This document shows positions 22,143-33,600 of a stretch of DNA of 64,000 nucleotides, one piece after another (the stretch's first letter is position 1; every line of letters begins with the position of its first letter). A program made the translations under genes and the position numbers. Location of the stretch: assembly GCA_001600815.1 (NCBI GenBank), contig BCKZ01000018.1, forward strand, positions 277,974 through 341,973, written 5' to 3'. The stretch is from Alloascoidea hylecoeti. Lineage: Eukaryota. The notes under the pieces were generated by a model. That model searched no databases. It saw nothing but the letters and a program-made list of their open reading frames with translations, and had not been told where the DNA came from.

Positions 22143-22792
22143 ATGTATGGTGATACTGCCCAAAAGCTCATCCAAGATGCAAAAAGAACCCAAGTGATAG
22201 ATCATCTACCGCCTTATCAGGAAGAGCTAGTTCGTTCTGTAGTACGCGAAATACGCGATTTGGATAATGATATTCAACTAGTAACTACAGGAGAAGCAGA
22301 TAGATCACAACTCACCCAAAACCAAGAAAAATACGCCCAAGTATTTGTGAGAAAACTTTGTATATCAAGAAATAAACGATGTTTGCTCGCATATCAGAAA
22401 TTACGAGCAGAAAAATTAGATGAAATGTCTTGGGAAGGGTTCGAAGCTACAGAAGCCGAAAATGTCGAAAATCTAAATCATAACGAACAAGAATATTTAC
22501 GACGATATACAGAATTGGTGGTTGATTATAAAGGCCCATTTACTGATATTGATCTATCGGGTCCACTAGAACCTCCAAAGGATGTATTCATAGATGTTAG
22601 AGTGTTGAAAGATGCCGGTGAAATACAAACAGAATATGGGTATGCTTTTAAATACGATTTTATCATTATTACAGATTTAATAACTAACTAAAGTAAATTA
22701 GAGTATTCAATTTAACGAAACACAGCCAATTTTTTGTCCGACAGGCAGACGCTCAGCGATTGATCCAACAAGGATATTTACAAAAATTATAA
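22143..22792 (+). CDS. PSF1: GINS complex subunit Psf1, 2 exons (22143-22639, 22702-22792)
   Basis: MYGDTAQKL, RNKRCLLAY, PPKDVFIDVRVLKDAGEIQTEYG|VFNLTKHSQFFVRQAD..LIQQGYL after removing a GTATGC..ACTAAC..TAG intron. Confidence 0.97.
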
Positions 22793-22799
22793 AGAGTTG

Positions 22800-24466
22800 T
22801 CAAATATTTCCTTTTATGAAACCACAAAAACTATCAAAAACATTAGAAGCTTCTCCATACCTCCATAAAAGCTCAATAATATCTTCATTGTTTGTACGAA
22901 TTTCACATATAAATCTAATACGTGTATCATCATTTTGTTTTCTTTTGTAGTTATCCCTATTTTCTTTTATTCGTTCCTCTTCCTTAGCAATTTTCCGGCG
23001 ATGACTTCTAGACCAAACATTTCCCACGGATTTGACAATGATCACTGATGAATTTGAATGCTCTTTCTTAGCACAGCTCAGTCCAGATATAGATTTTATA
23101 AGTTTTAATACCTTATCAAAGAACTGAGAAATAGGTACACTGGGAATGTGTATTTTATAACTTGCCGAAGCAGGGCTAAATTTTCGTAATGCTGAGGATT
23201 TGGGATGTGAAAGTCTCTGATTATTGTTAATGGTGTTTTTAAAAGAAAGATCTACTATCAATTTTAAAATACTCACGTTAGGAACTCTCCACTGTTGAAA
23301 CGACCATCCTATAAACCATCGTCGCGTAGGGCTTTTACTAATTGTGAGTTCGTGTACGGCATAATTTTCGATCTGAATATTTGAATATTTGTTAGAAAAT
23401 CTATGATTATTCAAAATATATCGAACAAAAAAAATCCAAAATGGCTTACCTTAAGACTTCTAAATTCATCGACTATTCCTTTTACAGTTTGAAGTTTCCC
23501 TACCATTGTTGTAAACCATTTAACTCTATCCTTGTTCTCAATACTTTCTAGCAACATTCTCATAATAAATTTATATTCACCGCCATTTGTGATTAATTCT
23601 GTATTACTAGCAATTAATATACTACTAGGATTCAATTCTTTAAATTCTTTTGAAGATTTCATATCTTGTTCTGATTCATAAAAAGGAGGATTGCACATTG
23701 TAAAATCCCAAGTCTGATTGTTGGATATATCTGAATCTAGAAAGATGAACATTTTATCTTTATCTGTCTTTTGAATCAATGTTATACGATCAGAAAGGAG
23801 ATTATTTTTAACATTTTCACGAGCTTGGGATATAGCCAATGGGTCAATATCAGTGCCTATCATTTTCCAACCTTTATAAAGGGAACATCCAAGCAATGGA
23901 TAAATACAAGAGCAACCTACTCCTCTAAATTGGTCAGTATATGAAAGCGTTATAAGAAAGTGTTACAGTCATGGAGAGCACTCACATGTCAATTCCAATA
24001 ATTTTCTCATCTGATAAGTTAATAGATTCATGATAGTACGATTCTTTAAGAATCTCAAATATCCAGTGAATATATTTCAATCGATTTGGGACCTAATAAA
24101 TCACAAAAGTCAGGGTCAGTTCCTTAAGATTTGATAAGTAAATTGAATATGCATACTCTTGGGCATAATCTTTCTTTCGATAATTTCAGATTTAGATTAA
24201 ATTTCTCGTGTAATATAGCTTTGGTTAAAGCGCTTTATTTGCTTTATTTGTTAGATAGATGGGCAAGTAAGTCAATTGTAGTATAAAGAGCCTACCATAG
24301 AGCATCATGATCTTGAAAGTTATAACCAGATGGATTCAAGCTAATAATAAGTTTTAGTAAGAATCCGTAACGGAGGATATTGGAAAAAGACATACTATCT
24401 CTTGACTTCCGGATACTTTTCTCCTAATTTCACAAAATCGTGATCTTCTTGGTGATTTATATTCAT
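22800..24466 (-). CDS. METTL16: U6 snRNA m6A methyltransferase METTL16/Mtl16 (RlmF family), 7 exons
   Basis: Spliced: DFVKLGEKYP..ALTKAILHEKFNL..RLCPR|VPNRLKYIHWI..GIDIGVGCSCIYPLLG..IGTDID..DFTMCNPPFY..GGEYKFI..WFTTMVGK..TRRWFIGWSF; six GT..AG introns. Confidence 0.9.
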
Positions 24467-24591
24467 GTGTGGATAATTCTTTGTGGGTGTACGAATTTAA
24501 ATTTGAAAAATGTTGGGCTTGCATTTAAATAACCTTGGCCATCTGGTTCTTCTTCAATATATCGCGATCATTTCGAAATTCCGTTAACATT

Positions 24592-26087
24592 ATGGGGAGC
24601 ATTACATCTTCACAAACTAATGAGAGTGCCCTAGTATTGAAATCCAGCCCTCCGACTCCGGAGTCCAGGGCCAAATTGATTCAGTTTATCAAAGCAAATC
24701 TGTTGAATTATAACCTCCTGATAAACCCCGGAGGACCAAATTTGGTATATAACGAGACTTCTGAGGTAAATCTTTTTAGCTATACTCCACAATGCGTCAC
24801 TTATACTAATCATCGTATTCTATTCTAGCAATTATGTGCTGCCTATTCTGTTGGAGCAACAGCTCAAGAACTACAATCATTATATACCGCTCGATTCACA
24901 AAATTAACGGAAATTAGTGAATATGATCTATATGAAGCGACAGAAGATGATTGGAAGGAAACTTTTGGAGATCAATCAAAATCCAGGGCATATAGAGATT
25001 ATTTTGCTGATAAAGTTGCTGAGTATTTCTACAAATGGAGAGAAGTGACAAACAGATATTATATTACAGAAACGAAACAGAAACAACATGACTGGTTATT
25101 CAGAGGTTTACTATCAGGGAGTAAGTGAAATTGTTGTTTATTTTAGAAACTTCTTATTCTAATATAACACGCTTATAGATGGTGATTCTATTGTTTCTTT
25201 AGTGGTATGTCCTCTTGTTTAGAGACCAATTTAAAATAATAATAACCTAATTTCTAGAATGCCTATGAAATCGACAACTTTGAATTGGCTGTTCAGTGTA
25301 AGTGACGTTCACAATTGGTCTTTTTATTACAAACCTTCTGATACTAATATCTAATAGCATTGAGTTTAAGTGCAATTGTGACACCTGAATTCCCATCGTA
25401 CGCCACGTTTGACGAAAGATCGAAAACAGTGACAGAAAAACTCCTAGATCCTAGCCAAATATTACAAAATGTTGTAAATGATGAGGCTATAAAGTCTCTG
25501 AATGAGGATGATTCATCTTTAGAAGATTTACTGTTAGGATATTCTCTTCAATTGGAGTTTAAAGGTATGTTTATTTATTTATTTCAAATGTATAACTTTC
25601 TAATTAACATTGATTTGGTAAAGATGAACTTAAAATCTTGAAGTCATTGATAGAATTGACTTTCATTATTTATGTAGAAACCTACTCAACGAAGTCTTCA
25701 GATGTTTCTTTATATGTCGATGATTTCGCTAATCTATTCGTTATGTCAGGGGCTGTTTATCGCCTTCTTAATCTTCATAAATTTGGAGCAACAAGAGATC
25801 TCAAAAGACGTTTAATACAAACACTTTGGTTCTTAATTGTAAAAAGAGTTTCACAACACTCTAGAAAATTATTTATCGACATATTACAAGAAAAAATTAA
25901 GCTAGTAACTCATGATCAAAATAAGGTTGACCAGTTATTACATTTTCCAGATACTCCAGTTAATCCGATATACTGGAAAGTTTTGCAATATATAAAATAT
26001 TCACAAGATATAATTGAGAGCCCTGATCAAAGAGAAAGATTGCTTTCAGCAGCAGTGGGTGTAAAAGAGCATTATTTAGAGCATTAG
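24592..26087 (+). CDS. Divergent questin-oxidase-like (DUF4243 / AflY-HypA family) protein, 6 exons
   Basis: Exons 24592-24765, 24829-25120, 25179-25204, 25258-25297, 25358-25564, 25624-26087 splice in frame; AYSVGATAQELQSLY, WKETFGD..AYRDYF, LFRGLLSG..NAYE resemble the family. Confidence 0.6.
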
Positions 26088-26109
26088 AAATTATATATAA
26101 TGAACATAT

Positions 26110-28293
26110 TTATGTATACATATGACCTAAATTGAATTCACTACTTCGAGAGTCTAACTCCTTCTTTGCCTTCCGTAATAGCAAACGTTGATTGTCCTCC
26201 TTTACTCGTTTCTGCGGCTTACCATCAGCGTCTGCGGCATATCCTCTACCTAGACTCTTTGGTGTTTCTCTTAGAGCGAAACTCTTAGCTATGTGACCAA
26301 GGTGTAAAGTCTTAACATTGAAATATATCCTTTCAGAAGATAAATGTGTTGCGTAAGCTCTAATATGACTAGTGAATGCTCTGAATGCCATATCTTTTAT
26401 ATGTGGATCTTCTAAAATCCATCGTTCTATGTTCAAATGCCATGTTGTAGCATCAACATCCCACTTTTTGCCGAACGCTCCGATTAAAATGTCTTCATAA
26501 TTGGTATTATAGAATCCTTTAGTATGGTATGGTTTAATGTAATCTAGGTAGCCTTCTTCTTTTCCTGGGAGTAAGAAAAGAAGAGAGGATCCAGACTGAC
26601 CAGCACGAGCTGTTCGTCCAACTCTATGTAAATGATCATCAACAGCAAAAGGAGGGTCATATTCAATAACAGTAGAAATATGAGGCAGATCAAGACCTCT
26701 AGCTGCTACATCAGTACAAAACATTATAGAATGTCTGGGTTGTTCATACTTTTTGCTACCAACAAAAGATGCCAATGTATTAGTTCGATCTTGTTGACTC
26801 AGAGATCCATGCAATTTGTGAATCACAACACCTGGACCAAAAGTAGGAGCAGTTAAAACCGTAAGGCTTCCATTATTTCCAATATCTTTATTTTCATTTG
26901 AGATTAATTTGGGCTTCTTTCCACTCTTCGTAAAAACGCTAAAATGAAAATCAATTGAATCTGAACAGGAACAAAAGACCATTGTCCGTATTGTTCCTTC
27001 ACTCTTAATTGAGACTATATTTTTTAAAACGGCAGAAAGAGTCACAAATCTCAATTTGGGAGGAACAATTACAACTTTTTGTATCAATTGATCAGGAACT
27101 GAAATATTGGTTTCATCATCAAAAGATATAGTTCCACCTGACATAGAATCTGCACTAACCAACTCTGGATTTTCTAAAGAAGTTTCACCCAATTGTTTTA
27201 CGTTACTCTTCATTGTTGCAGAGCAAAGAACTTTCACTTGTCTTTTTGGTAACTTATTGAATTTCGAGGTTGTAGAATGAATTTTGCTTCTATCTTTTAG
27301 CGCTTGTAAAATTTTAGTAATTGTCTCTTCAAATCCCAATTCCATTAATTTATCACCTTCATCTAAAACTACCCATCTGACTTGCGATAAATCTAGCACC
27401 TCAGTATGTTCAATGTGATCACCTAATCTGCCTGGTGTAGCCACTAGAATATTGACACCTTTCCTAAGTCTTGCCTTTTCTGATTTCTTTTTCTCTCCGC
27501 CGATAACTATCCCAGGCACGATATTATTACAACATCTAGTTAATGATTCTAAAACAGAATAAATTTGTGTTGCAAGTTCTCTAGTAGGAGTTAATATAAT
27601 TGCAAAGAGACCAGAAGTTCTGTCTATGTTATCAGCTTCCAACAGTCTATTTACAATGGGTAGAACAAATGTTAAAGTTTTACCAGAACCAGTTTGTGCC
27701 TGTACAAATAAATCCTGATCCCTAACTAATAGACGGGGAATCACGGCTCTTTGAATCTTTGTAGGGGTATTAATTCTTAGTTTACTAGATAAATATTCAC
27801 ATATTTTAGGGTTTAAATCCATTCCAGTAAATGTTGTGGAATCTTTCAATGGGGCATTTGAGGCATCATATTGAATGGTTTCTTTTTCTTCTTCTTTTGT
27901 AATAATAGAAGTATCAGGATTCGAAGAAAAAAGAGATGAAACAAAGGTATCTTTATCTTTCTGTTGGTTTTTGGCAAAATCAGGATTTCTATTAAAAGGT
28001 CTTGTACCATCATTAATCCTCTTTACTCTTCGTTTAGCATAATCTGTATCTGGGTGAGAGGCAGGTCTTTTCCTATCCTGACCTGATTCATTGCTATTTG
28101 ATGCAGAATCTTTATTTATTGAACTTTTATGTCCTCTATCTTCTGTATTTTTTTTCTTTCTCTGGATTCCCAAATTTTTCCTTGAAGATATTTCTACATT
28201 TCTTCTATCCTTCCATCTTCCTCCAGTTACTCTTTTTACCTTTGTAGGAACACTGGAGAAGTCCAAATTTAATGAAAGACCACTGTCACTCAT
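26110..28293 (-). CDS. DBP7: DEAD-box RNA helicase Dbp7 (60S biogenesis)
   Basis: AQTGSGKT, PTRELA, GGEKKKSEKARLRKG, DEGD, SAT, HRVGRTARAG, AFTSHIRAYATH, LHLGHIAKSFALRE. Confidence 0.97.
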   Translation of the reverse strand: MSDSGLSLNLDFSSVPTKVKRVTGGRWKDRRNVEISSRKNLGIQRKKKNTEDRGHKSSINKDSASNSNESGQDRKRPASHPDTDYAKRRVKRINDGTRPFNRNPDFAKNQQKDKDTFVSSLFSSNPDTSIITKEEEKETIQYDASNAPLKDSTTFTGMDLNPKICEYLSSKLRINTPTKIQRAVIPRLLVRDQDLFVQAQTGSGKTLTFVLPIVNRLLEADNIDRTSGLFAIILTPTRELATQIYSVLESLTRCCNNIVPGIVIGGEKKKSEKARLRKGVNILVATPGRLGDHIEHTEVLDLSQVRWVVLDEGDKLMELGFEETITKILQALKDRSKIHSTTSKFNKLPKRQVKVLCSATMKSNVKQLGETSLENPELVSADSMSGGTISFDDETNISVPDQLIQKVVIVPPKLRFVTLSAVLKNIVSIKSEGTIRTMVFCSCSDSIDFHFSVFTKSGKKPKLISNENKDIGNNGSLTVLTAPTFGPGVVIHKLHGSLSQQDRTNTLASFVGSKKYEQPRHSIMFCTDVAARGLDLPHISTVIEYDPPFAVDDHLHRVGRTARAGQSGSSLLFLLPGKEEGYLDYIKPYHTKGFYNTNYEDILIGAFGKKWDVDATTWHLNIERWILEDPHIKDMAFRAFTSHIRAYATHLSSERIYFNVKTLHLGHIAKSFALRETPKSLGRGYAADADGKPQKRVKEDNQRLLLRKAKKELDSRSSEFNLGHMYT

Positions 28294-28383
28294 TGTTTTC
28301 TAAGAAGTTTATAGATTATTGAAGGAAGTGAATGAAGTTAAAGCTCATTAATTATATTTTTTTTTTCAACCTGCATATAAGGT

Positions 28384-28391
28384 GTCACGTG
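28384..28391. promoter_or_regulatory. Cbf1 site in the DBP7/RPC37 divergent promoter
   Basis: GTCACGTG near the middle of a 171-bp intergenic region. Confidence 0.5.
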
Positions 28392-28464
28392 TTATTCTGG
28401 GTGTTGGGTGTAATATGTTTCTTTTTAATTTTTTGAATTATGAATATTGAAACTTACAAAAAAT

Positions 28465-29283
28465 ATGCCTCCAAGAATATCATCACTATTTGTCTCTGAG
28501 GTCTCTGATAATGAAGAAAGAGATGACAATGTCTCAAATGAAAGAATAGAAGACTCAACAGTAGTAAATGAAGAGGTAGAAGAACCACTTGCGAACTTTG
28601 ATGATGATGATGATCCAGTGGTTGATGAGATACCAATATTTCTCAATACAACTTTAAGTGAAGATATTTATATTTTAGAATATCCTGGAAGGTCCTCAAA
28701 AAGACCATATGTGGATATAAACAATTGTGGTATTTTGGATTCTCGTATAAAACCAAAAAGTGGTGTGGTGCAGGTAGATATTCCGATTGATATAGAAAGG
28801 TTTTATGATAAAAAGGAAGGTGAGGCATGGGGAAATTTAGATGTTCAAACTCAAACAGGTGTGATAAACCATTATGATGGAACTCATTACGTTGGTGTTA
28901 TGAATAAAGATGGATTACATATGGCACCAGTGAATGGTGCTGCTTTATTACGGCCGTCGTTTGGGTATATTGACAAAGAATTACATGAAACAAGGGAAAT
29001 CAATCGGACCGTTAATGCTGCTACAGCTGTTAAGAAAGATGTACAGGCTATTCATATGACTGCAAAGTCAAGTAATGATACTGCTCCACGATTAGGAGGT
29101 GCACTGCGGTCGCAAAGGAGGCAGGATGAAGAGGAATTTGTTGGGATGGATTGGTATGATAGAGATGCTACTGAATCATTTGAGAAAGCAAAAAGCCTAT
29201 TAGCAGACAATAATGAGTATGCCGATTTGGGAGTTACCAAGGAAAGTGTTTTACTTAAAATTATGGAAGATAAATGGCTATAA
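28465..29283 (+). CDS. RPC37: RNA polymerase III subunit C37
   Basis: DDDDPVVDEIPIFL, ILEYPGR, RIKPKSGVVQVDIP, LRPSFGYID (Sin_N/RPC5 domain); first ATG 28465. Confidence 0.92.
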   Translation: MPPRISSLFVSEVSDNEERDDNVSNERIEDSTVVNEEVEEPLANFDDDDDPVVDEIPIFLNTTLSEDIYILEYPGRSSKRPYVDINNCGILDSRIKPKSGVVQVDIPIDIERFYDKKEGEAWGNLDVQTQTGVINHYDGTHYVGVMNKDGLHMAPVNGAALLRPSFGYIDKELHETREINRTVNAATAVKKDVQAIHMTAKSSNDTAPRLGGALRSQRRQDEEEFVGMDWYDRDATESFEKAKSLLADNNEYADLGVTKESVLLKIMEDKWL

Positions 29284-29355
29284 TCATTCATATAGATGTA
29301 TACCAGGACTATAGTATATAAGTAGCATTTATCTTTATTCATGTAATTGTATATA

Positions 29356-30374
29356 TTAATCATACCACATTTTAATCAATTCTTCACTGACACCACTTGG
29401 GGTTAAAACCCCAAGATCTGTTATCAAAGCTGTAATATATTCATGTGGTGTAAAATCAAGAATTGGATTATTCTTTAATTCATCTTCAATTATAAGAGAT
29501 TTTGTGCTGAAGTTGTTCAAAAGATTGTTTTTGTTTTCCCCTAAATCATCTGGAGCCAAAGGAAATAATCTTACAAATTTATGAGATTCAGAAACCACAT
29601 AGAAAGGTTTATGAGCATTAGAAGAAAGAACGCCAATTGAATAGGTACCAATGTAATTTATTATACCACCAGTTTCGGCAACACCTTCAGCTCCCATAAA
29701 TACTTTATCGACTTTGTGAATCACACTTCCCACTGCCGAATCGACAATAATAGAGACGGGTATACCATTTTCACGAAGAAGTTTCGTCATTTTGATACCA
29801 TCATTAGACGGTCGAGCCTCTGTACAAATGACCTTAAATCTGATAAACTTTGAAGCAGCATGCAAAAGTAACTTCAGAACAGCTCTAGAATGTGAATGAA
29901 CAAGAATTAGATCATCATCCTTGATAAATGGTAATCCATACTCAGCAATCATATCTCTTGATGCCTTTGATCTTTCCACGAATAGTTTACCATTTTCTAC
30001 TAGATGATTTTTGCATTCCTCCCAGTTACCAGATAAATTATTACGTAGGACGAATCGCATGAATAAATCACATCCTGCTGATAAACTGATTGAGTTTGGA
30101 ACTGATTTCTTCAGTGTATCAGTTGCTTCAGCCAGCAGTTTGATCAATTCGGAAGATGTAGATGCTATACAACTAAATGTCAGGATTTTTCAAATCTTTA
30201 GCTTCTAACTTGTAGTTTCTTACTCTGTTTTACGCTGAGAAGAGTAACGAGTGACTCAATGGCAGCGACAGGCATAGTCATTTCGGGATCTTCTGTTAAG
30301 AACCTCGAATAGGTTGCCGTCACATCAAAGTCTTCTTGCTGTGGCAGTTTCTGGGAGTCTGTCATGTTAGTCAT
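29356..30374 (-). CDS. GCN3: eIF2B alpha subunit, 2 exons (intron 30223-30165); start at 30374 or 30365
   Basis: [66 protein letters not shown]. Confidence 0.97.
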
Positions 30375-30686
30375 TCCGCGAAAAATGGTGAATTTGATGT
30401 GTTAAAAAAGTCTTCCTATGTTAAATTACGTAATCAATGCCCTTTTCTATTGTGTACAGGGCTTTTCTTTTGACATTGACATTGGCTTTGATGCCATAAT
30501 TATCATAATATAATACGTATTATATAGCTTATAATAAGTGGCAGTTTCAGTTCTAGAACCCATCGAAAATGTTATGCTTGATCAGGCCATGCTGTTATGT
30601 ATAAATATTCTGATTACCCCAACCATTAATAAGACATATCCTCTTATTTTTTTCAGCCTTATTAATATTAATAGAGCAAGGAAAAA

Positions 30687-33600
30687 ATGAGTATTAGGAG
30701 TCCCAATAAAGATGCTGACAAACTCCTAAAATTGGTGGTATCTGGTTTTAAACATTTAGATAAAAGTCTTGAAGGGGTCAAAAATAAAAATATTGATTTG
30801 GTAGCATTAGATATAAGAATTGATAATGCAACAATTTATACTTCATACACACTTGTTAAATATGATTCTCAAATCAAACAACTTAGTACTTCTGATGCAA
30901 AGATCGCAATTAAGCTGTTAAAACCAATACAAGGAAAGTTAAGAAAAGCTAGTGAAATTTTAATTGATTTCGATGAGGAGAGTTCACAAATATTAATACC
31001 AAATTTCAAAAGGAATAGCAAAGGGTTTGGTTCCGATATTAATTATAAAGTATCACAGTCAAAATGGTCAATTGCATTCAAGTATCTTTATAACCTAGTA
31101 GATGAAGCAAAAGATAAAAGTGACCGATTCATTGAGTTTATGGAAAAGAAAAATAGCATCGCTGCACCGATTTCGCAACCTGAAACTAAACCACGGAAAA
31201 ATATTATTCCATGGGATGATGATTTTCAAGCAGGATTAATTTTACCATCTAAAAGAAACACCAATTTCTGCGGCAGAACAGCCGTTTTAGAAAAATTAGA
31301 AGAACTATTTGAAATCAAAAGTTCAAAATCTTATAAAAGAAAATCAATTTTATTACAAGGAATATTTGGAATTGGGAAATCTCAAATTTGTATTCAATAT
31401 TCTTATTTAAATCAAACATTCTACGATAGCATTTTATGGATTGATGCTACTGATTTAGAATCCATCAATAAAACCGCAAAACAAACAATAAATGGCATCA
31501 TAAATTATTACTTGTCAAATTCCATTCCCCCAAGAAGTTATAGCGATATTGGGAAAAAGTTTGGAATGCCCAAATTACTGGATAGTCTAGGACGCATAAC
31601 GATTGATAATAAAATAAAAGAAGCTATTAGCCATCATGATAATGCTACCGATATTCCAGAAATGTATATAAAAATTCAACAAAATAATAATTTAATGAAA
31701 GCTATAAGTTATTGGTTATCCCATAGAAAGAATAAAAAATGGCTATTAATCATTAATAATATGGATAAATCAAAGTATCCTAATAAAAACTTAAATCCAA
31801 ACTTAAATCCAAATTTATATGATTTAATTCCTCAATGTGGATGGGGTCATATACTTAGAACAACAACAACAGATGTAAAATCAATTAAAACTGATGATGA
31901 AAAATTTATTTTAAGAATTGCTAGTCCTGAAGATAAAGATAGTCTTGATATATTATTAAAAGCATCAAAAAAATCTATTAATGAATTATCTAACAATGAA
32001 ATTATAAGTGCAAAAAGGATTGTTTCAAAATTAAGAAATCATCCATTATCATTGCAGGTTGCTGGTATTTATATATCGGAAAGTTATTGTTCTTTTACAG
32101 ATTACCGAAGAAAAATATCCAAGACGTCACAGGTTTTATTTAACTATACAATTACATCAGGAAGAGTAGAAACAATTAATAATATGTTTTCAGTTTCTTA
32201 TAATTCATTGAATGATAATGAAAAGACTTTTCTTGATATTTGTGGATTACTTGCAAACCAAACAATACCGAAATTATTAATACAAGAAATTGCAATACAA
32301 TATGATTCTCCTTTACAAAATGATTTAATATATGATAAAACTGTTCAAATACTTGTAAAATATTCATTGATTTTATATTTCCCAGTATCAAAAGTTATAA
32401 GAATTCATCCAATTTTTCATAATTGGCTTTATAATAGGAAGAAAAATTTAATCGATACTACTAAAGACGCAAGTATTATAAAATCAACTATTTGTGCATT
32501 TGTTAAAATTACTTCTGAAAATAATGCTGAGACAATATCATTATTTTATAAAAATAATAATCATATTTCAAAATCAATTGAACATTTTTATTCATTTTTT
32601 GAAAATATTAATCAATCAAATGATAAAGATGATATATTATATCTTGCAAAAAGTTTATACAATAATCTAAATAATCTTTGCAAGTATTATGAAGCCGATA
32701 AACTTTCTGGTTATTTAATTGAAAGATGTGGAGGACCACAGAGCCTTAAAGAAACTAATAATATCAATATCAGAAATAGCATTTACGGTAATGAGCAAAT
32801 CCAATCATTCTATAGTCATGCTATTTTAAAATTATCAATCTATGAGCCACAAAGAGCAATTCAACTATTAGAAAATTGTTTACAATCTCAATCTCATATA
32901 CAAAATGTGATTCCAATTACAAAATCGATATATAATGATAATGATAATCATTCAAAGGATTTTCCAACAAAAATGCATATTCAATTAGCGCTCACAATTG
33001 CATATGGTGAATCAATAAATTTACAAAAATCAATTGAATTATTTAAAGAATCTTTTTTAAATATACAATCTTTAGATACAAATAAAAATTATAGATCAAA
33101 CAATAATTCATCAATTGGTATAATTATTATTGGACTTCAATATTTAGAAGAATTATATTCGAATGATGGCAACCATATCATTATACTTGAAACTCTTTAT
33201 AGTGTTGTTAATAATTATATTGAAATTGCAGGTTATTCAGATTGGTACGCAAGAGTATGCTTAGAGAGATGTTTAAATGAATGCCAAGCAAATTTGACAG
33301 GAGACCATCCTATTTTATTAAAAGTTATGCCAAAATTAGGGACTCTTTATTTTAAAATAGGAGAATATGAAAAAGCTTTACAAGTTTATAATCTCTCATT
33401 AAAAGCAATTGATAACGTTTTTGGTAGATATTGTTTTGAAGCTTTAGATATCGTCGCTTGTATTGTGGAATGTTATGTTAAACTTGGTAATCAAGAGAAA
33501 GCCGATGGCATGTTTGATGATGTTTATGATCGATTTGAACTTACAAGATTACCTGACGATAGAGTTGAATTCTATCTTAGATTAGGCGATCAATACTTTA

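Noticed and set aside
26110..28293. DEGD instead of DEAD in the helicase
   Set aside because: Normal for yeast Dbp7.
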